This document shows, in pieces, positions 25,601 through 37,600 of a DNA stretch of 64,000 nucleotides (position 1 is its first letter; each line of letters opens with the position of its first letter). The DNA lies in the NCBI GenBank assembly GCA_964187785.1, contig OZ076409.1, forward strand, positions 26,164,001 through 26,228,000, given 5' to 3'. The stretch comes from Amphiscolops sp. MND2022. Its lineage: Eukaryota. Below the pieces are notes generated by a model that was not told the origin of the DNA, ran no database searches, and saw nothing but the letters and a program-made list of their open reading frames with translations. The position numbers were made by a program, and so were the translations under genes.

Positions 25601-28600
25601 TCAGGCAGATGCCTCCCACATAGGTTGTTTATATCAATTCAGTATTCATCTTTTTTCAACATTGTGCTTTAACGTTGAGTATACGCTGTTTTAATTCAAT
25701 TCTTTTATTTAAAGAAAGTGAAAAACCGACGTCATTTGTCAAAGAAGTCCCTCTATAATGAAATATTTTCATGGGTCTTTCCTGTATAAATAATCCTTAA
25801 AATCTGCTCGAAACATAGTGCATCTTTCATTTATTAGACACGTCAGTAGTGAAATAGCAGGGCATGTGAAACAGGGGCGGTTATAGGGGGCATCCCCTTT
25901 TTTGAAAAAATATAGTTCCATTGCTCAAAAAGGGGACCCTTCTAGGTTTCACTATAATTTTTATATGTAAGAAATAGGCGCTTGTTCACGCAAATGCCGT
26001 TTTCACTCAATCAGCATCCCCCTTAAAAATATTCTGAAACCGCCACTGATGTGAAAGTAAACGACTATTTCCTGTTAAAAATTCGCTCGTTTGTACTATC
26101 ACATAATTGACTTTTTAGGCGATTCAAGTGGAACCGAAGACGATGGAGAAGATCAGCGACTGACGCGGGTGATTCTGACAGAGATCCCACAGTACATAGC
26201 CCTGGTGAGTCGAGTGAAGAAGGACAGTGCAGACATCTCTCCTCTGGGCGGAATCCTCTCTTCGTCTGTGGAGGCACGCGTCCAGCTTTCCTTCCCCGAA
26301 AAGTGTGTGAAAAAAGACGTCTCTGTCTCTCTGCATGTGTTGCGGATCAGATCGGACATCACTAGTCGACTTCTCACTGCTAATCAAGGAGGGTAAGTTA
26401 GAAGACATCGGCAATCTATCTACATGGAAGATATTTGTCTCGTTTCCAAAAGATTTCAGCATGGAACAGCATTGATGTAAAATGACCCTAGATAGGGACA
26501 GACAGACTGATTATGTCAGGTTGGACATTCAGAGAGAGCTGATTTAACCCTAATTCGCATGGGAGTTTTTGCAAATATACAAAAAATGAAAAAAAATCAA
26601 TCGTCAATATCTCCTCTACTACGCATATCAGAATTGTTGCAAAACATCAAAAAATTGAAGGGGTCTTTTTGAGGAAAAATGTTACGCTGAAAAAAGGAAA
26701 ACCTTTTTGGTTCAGTTTTCTAGGCCTAATGGTTCAATTTGACACCAAAAAAATTCGTAGAATTTTGTAGAACTATTTTGGTCAGTTCGTGTGGATTGAG
26801 AAAAAAGTCACTATTATAGTCGCGTTTCACTTCATGAAGCGCCGACTAAAAATGTATGCTCCTTTAACCTTAACTTGGCCAAAACACGAAAAAGCATAAA
26901 TTTAACTACATTTGGATGAATTTGATTCTTTTCAGTGGAGAAATTGAGGATGAATATGATTTGAAATAGATTTAGAAACCTCATAATTTTCCTCATAGGG
27001 TGTGCCAAAAACGGCACATTAGCTAAAAAAGGTAAAAAAAGGCTCTTCGCAAAATTTTCAGAAAAAAATTATTTTCAAGTAAATTTCCAATTCACTTCAA
27101 AATTTTTGGTCATGAAATGACTGAAAACAGTTTCGGTGAGAGTTTACACAGAGGTGACGCTGGCATTTTTTGCACCAAACAGTGCTCTTGGCATTGCAAC
27201 CAGGTAACTTGCATCGTTGTCTGTCGACCGACTCAGGCCAGTGACCACCGTTGCTTGATTGCATTGCTCGCAGTAGTAATGGTGACGCCACCCGAACTGG
27301 TGTTTCCATCTCAGGCACTTTTTTTCGTGGACGCCCCCTTGGTGTAACAGGATCAACTGTCATACTTGTAAGACACGAACACAAGCGTGAACAGAAGTCA
27401 AATAAGCTCAAAGTGTCATTTATTGGAAGTTGGGAGTCCTCAGCGTCTCTTCTATAAAGGACCCAGCTATTGACGAAGAACGCATCGATGAAATGGAAAA
27501 AAATTCTCAAGTAATGACGAGTTACACAGTGTTGTCCAGAGCGGTAAAGTGCAATGTATCTGTTGAACTCATCTACATAACCCATATGCTTATTGTATTC
27601 CATTACAATCGCTGGGCAGTCCACAATTTTTCTGTTTCTTTCCCCTTTGTCATACCTTTGTTGCTGATAAACCGGTTGGCCACCAACGAAAGAGCTGAGC
27701 AATGAAACCTGCTTGTTATCATGCCATAACACAGCAGCGAGTCGGATGCCATTGACCTCACATTGTTGTTCTTGAATTGACCCTCTAGATGGTTTTGACA
27801 ATTTTTCGAACGATAATCCAGGTGCTCTGTTCAACCGAATAGTCCCGAGCATGTAAACGTCTTTCTGAGCCAGTGCTACTTGGAGTTTTGGAGAATTGAA
27901 GTAGTTGTCTGCGTATAACCTGTAAAATTTTCCGTCGGGGATAGCCTCCGCTAGTCGCATCACCACTGCCGAAGCTTTCCCGAAATCATTATCGAACTTT
28001 TTCTCGATACGAGTTTTGCCGCAATAAAATTCAACGTATCTTTCGCCCAATACATATGCATTTGCGGTAATTTGATCAGAGACATCCATTTTGAAACTCC
28101 AATGAAAACTAAAAGTTCCTTCGAATCAAGGTTAAATGGGTCATTGATGGATTGCTGTCGTGCATACAGGTTTGTATTGTAGCAAATATTTTCTAGGAAT
28201 TCGGTTGTCAGATAATCTGAAAGGTATTCGAAAGGTTTTCGCATTTTTGAAACCACTTCTCTATCTTCAGAGGCTGCTGGAATGTCAAAAGCATCCGTTC
28301 GATTCCGCCACCTAAGTTCCTTGGTATTCGGCAGAATGAGGTCGTCTTCACTTTCTTCTTGTGATTTGTTTATTAAATCTTCCCCAATGTTCTCTTTATC
28401 GCTGTCATCGCTTGAATCAGAAGATGAAAACTCAGTAACTGTTGCTGTTTCCTCACCAAGTTTCAGCCCATAAAAGGCTCTGTTAGCCTTGTTGCTCACA
28501 GATTCCTTGAGTGGTATGTCCAAATCGGAGTCATCAGTCACCTCTGTAGCCAGTGGAAGCTCATTCATTGATTTCAAACATCTCTTCTTCACGTACTTTT

Positions 28601-31600
28601 TAGGGACAACCATGTTCCATTCTTCAGGATAATTGTCAAAAGTAACTTGGTAACCGGTTTTTAAAACCTGCAAGATTGAGCCAGGATAGTAATGCCCCCA
28701 TCTCGTTTCATCAGCCCAGAAAATATCAACTGGATCTCCGACGTTAAAAACCATAATTTCTGAAAAATAGTGAAAATGAAGAATAATCTCGTTTTACTGT
28801 TGTTATTTTATGTGCCTAAAATGGCACGCTATTTTCTACAGGATTTCCGAAAGAATGGGGCAAAACGGCACACCTGAATTTTAACGGTAGCGAAGTACAC
28901 TTTCTGTAAATTATTATAAAAAAGAATGACCAAATTCTGTAACGTATTCGCTGAGATATGGTGTTGCTAAGTTTCTAATACAAATGCATTATGCCAGACT
29001 AAATGTGTTAATAACAGTAGTTGCCTTTAATCAAGCTGCATTATTGTATTAACTTTATCTCTGTGTCGTACTGTCGGCAGCCAATCAGATTTCGTGATTT
29101 AATTTGGATTGAAATGGTTATTACGTCATGCTCACAGTCACAATTCAATTTACACGCTGTGCCAAATTTGGCACATTGGCCAAGTTAAGGTTAAAATACC
29201 GCTATGCTATTTCGGGTTAAGCATTATAGGTCGTTCATGGTAAGTTCATGATGAAACACTTTGCAGTTGAGCAAATGTATGACGAAAAACGATTTTGGCT
29301 TCACAGCGGCGTTAGTCGTCGTTCATCGGAACTTTTTAGATTATGATTCCCAGCCACGGAGTCGAATTTTGGTAGTTTAAAACCCAGATTAAGATCATTC
29401 GCTACGACGTTCATCCTACCGGATTCTGTCAAAAGTCCGGCCGGATACCGACGTGCATTTGATGTCCGGTGCACCCCTAATGGGACCTGTATCTTTTGGA
29501 CCTGTATTTGCTCTGTTTAATTTGGCGTTTCAAAAAAATGCTCGGCAATGTTCTAAAAAATCTCACGTTTACAGTGTTTTCCAAAACTTGATACCCCTTC
29601 AGATTTTGACCAGTGATGTTGATTCCTTCTTGAATCAGTTTTTCATGCTTTTCAAACCATCCGAATTGTAGGTAGCAATGTTGGCATAATTACTGACTAT
29701 TATTCAGACTTTTCAAGTCAAAGTATTCTATTATAAGAAAACAGGACATTTCCATGGGCTCAATACTTCACGGAAAATCGGAAAAATCGATTGTCCATGA
29801 ATAACATTAAGTTTAGATCTTAATGCGAATTATAATTTGGTCTGAAATACTGTTTTGATTTGTGTTGAAAGTATCTATATATATCCTGTATAAATAGAAA
29901 AACTTTTTTCCTTTAAAAAATTCTTTTGAAAAATAGAAATGCACAACACTGATTATAGTACCATACTGTTTTTAGTCGGCGCTTTGAAGACTAAAATCAC
30001 CAGAATATTACAGTCACTTTTTGTATTCAAGACAGACACGAACGCGGCCAAAAGGAGTGAGTCTAAAAGATCATATAAATAATTTTCCTTTCTTCAAGTC
30101 AAAGGTACTGTTCCAAGATGTGGGTGCTGTCAGACTTCCGAGAAATCTGCCTTTAAGTGGAATTTCATTGTTTATTCTTGCTAATCAATTTGGATCATAT
30201 TCCTGGAAATGACTGGTACTGTTCTTCGAATTTCATTTGGAAGCTTTTGCTGTTCCAAAAATATTATAAAGGCCTGAACGGAACAATTTTTCTAGATAAA
30301 AAGAGGATTGTTAAAGTTTTGGATACTTTCAGCCAAAAGATTCAATTTTTAATGGAAACTGATTTAATTAGCTGATGTGCATAGGTATGTGCAACCGAAC
30401 AACGCATTCTTCTGCAGTCCAGTGGTGACCGTGGAGCCCCGCAAGAGACAGTTCCACGAGCGCTTCAATATTTGCATTCCATCTCCAGTGCCAGCGCCCT
30501 CTAACGGCGGAAACGAGCTCAATTCGGGCGGCTCCCTCAGCAGACGACCCTCTCTGGGCAGTGGCCACAACAGCGTCATCCGATTACTCCGAAGTGTCAC
30601 TGGTAATCCATTCTTTCGTGAGCCTATTGTAGTAGGGGTGTGAATAACGTCTCAAAATGTTTCGGGAATAATGTCTAACAAATTGTCCGAAATACTTTTA
30701 GACGTTATTCTTGGTTTCAAGCCTCCTTCTTTTGCCTCACTTTGCTTATACATTTACAGCAACAATTATGCCAAAATGATCAAAAATAGTTCCACTAATG
30801 TAGTTTTGAAATGATTCGGTTTTGGTAATGATCAAGGCTGGCACGTTTGTTTTAAACAGCAGTAGAAAAACATGTTTTAAACAATAACAAAAAACATGTT
30901 TTTTTTTCACGTAGCTATGCCTCGCACCAAAGAAAAAATCCTAAACCTGAGGTGTTCCGACAAGGCATGAGTTACATAGAAAACTACTTTGGGCCTTGCC
31001 TATGGTTCTCTTCGAACAAATTTGGGTGTTGAGAAAGCTGGCAAACAAGCATTTTTGTTCAGACAGTTGAACGCTAAAAAATTGAACTCTCTCTGCATTA
31101 TAATTAAGCTTTGAACCTTACTTTTGGAAGAAAAATGCGCGGAAAAATAGAAAACAAATATTCGTTTTTTGAAAAACAAGACGGGAACGTCTAAAGTCGG
31201 TGCTATATCTCAGGCTCAAAAAGCGCAGTTTTCAAAATATGCGTAGGACGTTTTCATGAAAAAAGTCCTGCTTTCGAACCTCCGCCTCCTCCTTACGAAA
31301 AAGCAATATAATTCGGATATAACGTCAAAAGTTCGGATTTAGCGCTTAACTCCGGATATTGCGAGGGGGACTTCAATAAAATCGTAGGGGGGACCCTTTG
31401 GAGACAAAAAATTTTCGAAAAAAAGTCGCACAGTGCCGAAAAAAATCGAAAGGGGGGACCCTTTAGTCCCGTCCGGGTTTGTAGGTAACGTTTAAAAAGT
31501 AAAAAACCAAAGGGGGACCCTTTGGAATAACTTAAATGCGTTTCCGGGGTATTCGTTTAGTTTCCTTTAGTTGAAGATACTGAACGTTAACGTTCGTCGC

Positions 31601-34600
31601 TTCGAGTCTGTCTTAAAAAAGGAAAAAAACGAGTGACTGTAATAGTCGGGCTCTTTTATTAATAAAAGCGCCGACTAAAAACACGCTGTTCGTTTCATTC
31701 GATTCAAAAGCACGTTTTTTCCCCAGCCCTGGTAATGATTTTATTGTGTGTAAATTAGTATCAAGCCAGCAAAAGATATGAAGCCTAGGTAGTTGTTTCG
31801 CAAAAAAATGTTGATAACTGCGTGGATCAATGGTAGTGCAACTGACGCTAATGAAAAAGTAGCTAGTTATAGCCTAATTTTAGAGTGTATTCATGGGAAT
31901 TTCTGTTCGAACAGTTTTTGGATAATAAGCAAGAAAGAGAACTTGCAAGTCACAAAATTGAGAAGCCTCTTTGATTGAATGTTGTTCTATGTTCATGGAA
32001 AAGGCATCAATCATACAAGCGTTGTGCTGACTGACCTTGTGAATTCAGGTTTTCATTCTAACAAAAAGGAAAACAATTTTCATGCAACTGCAAAATTTAG
32101 TGGTAGCGATATTTCCTAGTGGCGGCAACTCTAAATTTGAATATCAAACGAACCACTGTTGTGGGAATTAAACATGTACAATTGTTCCAATTGGGCCATG
32201 AATAGTCTTCCTGTGATCACTTAAGCAGTTATATGTTCTGGAATGATATGGTATGTTGTTTTTCTCAGAAGCGGAAGGCAAAATCTATTTCCACACAATC
32301 ACGAATTCCTGTTGTGAAATTACCATAATTATTTCTTTTCCTTGAGTGACACTTTCGTGATAGATTTCTTATTGAAAATGGTTTTTCTACCAAAAACGTT
32401 TCTCTAAAATGTGACAAGTCAACTTGAAATGGGTTGAATTGGAATTAATTTCATTCAAGCTTGATGAAATAAAATAGAATTAGCCTGATATCTTGTACAG
32501 TCTTTGGGGTCAGCCATCAAGATCTGTTCATTGTATATATTGTATGGATTGTAAGATTAGATAATTCAGTAAAACAAATGCTATCAGTATATTTGGTTGA
32601 TTCAGGAAACAATGAATTACTGGAGAAATCAGGAAACAACTTACTCAGGCGTTAATGTGCTTAGTGTTGGAGTGATGCATTTGATTCAGGAAACAATAAA
32701 TGCTAATGTTTTTTTTATCGTATTTGAATTCGACAAAAATGTTTAGAATGAAGTAGGAAGACAGACGTTTATCGGAAGGTATTTGTTTCCAACTCATGTG
32801 CTGACAAAAAGCATATTTTTGATGCAGAGATTTGTTTAGTTTCGGGACCGTTACTGACACTGTGAGGTGCAGCGTATATGTCACCCATTTTCTGTCAGTG
32901 CTTTGGTTAGCCTTTTTTTTCGTGGCTCTGCGATTTTTTTCCTTTCATCAACGCCTTCTGTTTTTAGAAGTTTCCTGTTCGAGCTTAAAGTGTCTCCATT
33001 TGGGGTTTTCGCCACTGTGCGACTTAGTTTATTTTTTTTTAAATGTATTTTTGGGATAATTCCAGTTCAGAAAAAGGGTACCTGCACTGGTATTTTTTGG
33101 CACTAAATGATAGTTGAAAAGTTTCACAACAATTGTCCCACATTCTAAACACTTCACTCTTTTTGAACCTTGAGCGGAACGCAGACTTGTGGCGTTCCCG
33201 ACTTTTGTTATTTCGGCGGAAGCTCAAATGTTCTAGAAGCCGTAAATGTTATTTTGGCCAGACTTCTATCGTTTTTTATCGGCCACAACTTTCCTGTTTT
33301 TATCGGCCAACTGTAGTAGCACTCCAAGTCTTTAGCTAGTTTGTTTAGTTCATGTAGCACCGAGCCAGCGCTTTTTTTAAATGAAGCGAATGAGTGTTAA
33401 TCATTCGTACGGCGAGAGTTCACCTGCATTCAAGTACGAATGTGAAATGTCATATGCTTTTAATAGTTGTATTTTCTTTTATTCAAGTGGGAGAGCTCTT
33501 AGTCCGAGAAAAATCGAGGGCGGTGTAAATTGGTACAGTGATTAATTTCAGGTTTATTTCTACTTTTGAAGTTTCAAATTGATGGTTATCGTAGCCTAAA
33601 GCAAAATTATCAATCTGTTCCCTAGGTCCCTCTTAGCAGAACTGATTTTGAATACCGTGTGAGTCATACGCGGATGATATTAGTGCCTTTCTGCTCATGA
33701 TTTGTTTCGGGAAAAGGATGTCTATTGTTCTGTTCATCCATAAGTATTTTTTCTCGAACTGCATATTACGCTCACTCAGCTTTTCAGTGGTCTTTTTTGG
33801 AAGCTTGCAAATTGTTTTTTGGTGGTCGTTTTTAGTCGGCTTTTTAATAAATACAATGACTAGTTTTTTTCTAAAATTTTGATTGGGAAGATTCTAGTTT
33901 TGGAGCTTTGTGTTTTTTCGAAGTTTTGGGCTTTTCGGAACCTCTGATGGTTCATCACTTTTTTCGTTTTCTCAAGATGAATAATGTCACGTTTTAGCAG
34001 GATAGTTTTTCTTTTCCAGCGGTTTTTGCCCGAAACTACTGCATTGACTTTGATGGAAACTATTTGCGCCTCTGTCTTGAGAAAACCCTTTGTCCAATTT
34101 CAAGTTCTCCTAGGATTCGAAGTGCATTCAGAGGTGCCAAACAGCTTAGTTTGTTTCTTACACATTTTTCAACAGGTTTAAGAAACTAATTGAAACCAAA
34201 GGGTCACCCTCCTGTTTTTTTTTGGCACTGTACGACTCCGATATTCTTTTCTTCATGTCATAACGAGGTCTCCCCTTTAGTTTTTTGACGTTTTCAAGTG
34301 AGAAATTACGATTTTCCAGCCTGAGGAGTCAGCTTTTGTGTTTTTTGCCATTGTCTGACTTTCAAAGTTTCATGTTAGGGAAAAGTCTTTTTTAGTCTAG
34401 AAGGTTTCTCATGTTGGTTTTTCTAGCATTGTGCCACTTTTTTGAATTTGTTTTTCAACAATTAGTCTCTCCAGCTCGGGAGTGCGCATCTAACCAGTAT
34501 TGAATATCTTTTCAGACTGAACTATAGAATTACCGTTTTCTAATAAAAAGTCTGTTTGAATACGCTTCTACAATTTTTTGACGTTAGATCTGAATTCTAA

Positions 34601-37600
34601 TAGATATTGTATAGGATTTGCGTTGGTATTACCAGGAAGAATGGGGTTCGACTTTCACCAGTGCTTAACTTTTTTCTTTTCAATTTGAGCAATAATAGTC
34701 CGTTTTCAGATGAATCTTTTCAAATGTTAAGAAACGCACCCAATCCAATATTTCGACGTTTTATCCGTTTGATTTCACGTTTTGACAGAAAGAGCGTGTA
34801 GTATGACTCCGTCGAAGTGTTGTATTGTTTTACTTTGTACAAATTTCATCGTTTGCTGATATAACACGCAGCCATAAAAATGCACTGTATTCGAATTATC
34901 AACTTTGTTCCCAAATATATAGCGGGTCTTGCAAGGAGGAGGCAAGTGGAAACTCTTATATTTTGGATTGCTATTTTGGAACCCTTGATGCATTTTTGCG
35001 CGAGCTGGTTTTCTGATCTTTAGAGACTTTTTCAGATCAACGTATTCCGGTATTTTTTCGTCAAACAATTGAGACTGGAAAATCTGATCTTTCTTCTGGA
35101 GGCAATATTAGCAGTTGCTAGATAAAAATATCTTAGTGCCACTGCGCCTCTTGACAGTGCCTAGTTAGGCGTACAAAACGTGATCCTCACACAAATGTAC
35201 ACGAAGCCTTTTCATAATGGATCGTATTTTGAGGACGCCATAAAATAGAATTCGGCCATTGCGAGTACGGCCAAAAGTCAACCTGTTTTCTGAAACGTTT
35301 AGGACTTCCTTAGTAATTTGCTGTGAAGTTGCCAATGTGTCTCATCTTTTTCCGCCCATGTTTGGGAAAGGAGCATGTCTCTATCAGCCGCGTTTTTCCC
35401 CCAAACTTTGCCATTGTTTATTCTTGAAAGCAACCGAGTTCGACGATTAAAAATTGGTTCATGTAAAAAATGTATGCTAAAATAGGATATGTGCGACTGT
35501 TCACTTTATTGACTTTCTGCTTTACAAAACTTTATGAAATTTCTTAGAACTTAACTTCAGTTTTTGAACCTCAAATGCTCTTTCGAACAATCTTTGTATG
35601 GATGTTGCTAAAATGAAGCAGAACGGGGAATATCCAGGTGTTTAGTGGGCATCTTGTTGAAAATTTTCATTTTATTTGCGGTTTCGTCATGCTTATCAAC
35701 TTTTTTGATGCTTCTTGAATTCGATATATGCGAAGATTTGAGTATCTCAAATTCGAAAACCTTATGAGTGAATTCTGTATATGCGAAGATTTGAATATCT
35801 GATTCGAAAATCTAATGAGTGTATAATTCATTTTTTCAATTGAGAATTTTCAGCTCAGCATCTTTTGACAACTAGTACTACACTGCCTCGTGTTTCAGAC
35901 ACCGTGCATCCTGCTGTGTGGGAAGACATAACCGAACAAACGAGACTAGTGGAACTACAGAACGGGTGTGTGACTTTCTCCAGCAAAGTGTCGGCCAGGT
36001 TCTGGCTCGTTTTCTCACCCAGACCTCGTTCGATCCCAGAGGTGCTCAAAATAGCCCACACTGTATATAATGAAGCTATCCGTGTGCCCTACATGGCCAA
36101 GTTTGTAGTCTTTGCCAAGCGCCATGCCGAGAATGAAGCTAGACTGCGACTGTTCTGTGTCACCGATGACAAGCATGAAGGGTTCATGTCGGCCAATACC
36201 CTGGAGACTCAGGAGAACTTTACCCAAATTGCAAAGAGCCGAGACGTTGAGGTGGGTCATGATTAAATTCAATACATCTGTTTAGCAGTTTCCCAATATG
36301 ATTCTAGTTTCTGTTATGGTATTCAATGATTATCGAATTGCGATTGATATTTAAATGAGCACAACGATTATATTGGGCAAAGTTCAACATTGAGGAGGCA
36401 TGTGATATTCAGCGGACATCGCTTTTGTTATACAAATTTAGGATTAATGAAAGTTACAGTTTCTATAGGTAACATTTGAGGTTTGTTGATGAAATTATGA
36501 ATAATACCAGGATCTCATTAGTGAAAATAATTTTTATACTGAATTTTTTTGGTTAGTTGAAATGTAATAAAAAAGGCTGAAACGTCATTTGTTTGTTTTA
36601 TTCAATGCTAGAATGACTCATTCACTTCATTCTTCACTATTTCTAGATATTCGAGGGAAACCGAAATTACTTGGACTGGGATGCGAATTCCAATCTTTTC
36701 CCGGTACAGCACCCATTGAACTCCTTCAGACAGACTCCCATGATGGCCTCCAAGAATCCAGACGACCCTAGAAATGCGAATGGCAACAACGACCAACAGC
36801 AGCTCAGTCTCACCTTCTGGGCTTTCAAGGAAAACCGCGTTCATTTCTTCGTGCAAGTGAAGGACTCTCTGCTATTCAAAACTGGTTCACCTAGTGGCCG
36901 TTTGCAGATCTACAGCTCCCCACGCTCTCATCTGAAGCTGTTGAGAAATGAGGCCGAAATTCTGCAGCAGCATATTTGCACGCTAAATCTTGCCCTACCG
37001 GCAGTTTTCAAGCCCGAAATGTCAGACGAACTGAGTCCTGAGAATAGTCTGAACCATATTATAAACTTCGCGTCGGCCGGGGAACGAAGACGCGACAGGA
37101 GTGGCAGATTATGTGAACCTCATTTGTCGCCGGACAGTAGTGCAGAAAGAGCTCTGCTGAGACTGACTGTGGTTGCAGAGCACATTGGAAAAGACTGGCA
37201 GAAGCTGGGATTAGAGCTGGGACTGGACAAAAACAACATCAATATTATAGATTTGCAAGTAGGATCTGGAACTCCAATGGCTAATGGAAGTTCCACTGGC
37301 GCAGCCAAGAAGAATAGCGCAGATGCCCAGAAGGCGTATCGAATGTTGCATCATTGGGCCGAGGTGCAAGGGGTGAACGCAACAGGTTAATGCCAGCTTA
37401 GTGCTTTGTTTATTTTGATGTCTCTGCAGCCGCATGTTGAATTATGCTTTCTTTAGTTTTTAGACCAGTTATGCATCAGCATTTCATTTTTCCATATTTT
37501 TTGCTCCTGTTCTGGAAGTTTTTGCCTGGAATCCAAAAATCAACTCTCAAAGAATCCCATATTCTTTTATTCTATGTTGGCTGGAGCCATAGAAGCTGGT

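Noticed and set aside
29417-29480. hAT-like right end (CCGGTGCACCCCTA); similar lone end CAGGGGCGTT at 52371
   Set aside because: No matching second terminus or TSD found.
31271-31285. GTTCGAA B-box-like motifs (also near 44826) as tRNA or SINE
   Set aside because: No A box at a suitable distance and no cloverleaf; they lie within repeat interiors.
32800-35460. T-rich intronic stretch suggesting a decayed minus-strand ORF
   Set aside because: All frames I translated are broken and showed no recognisable motif or termini.
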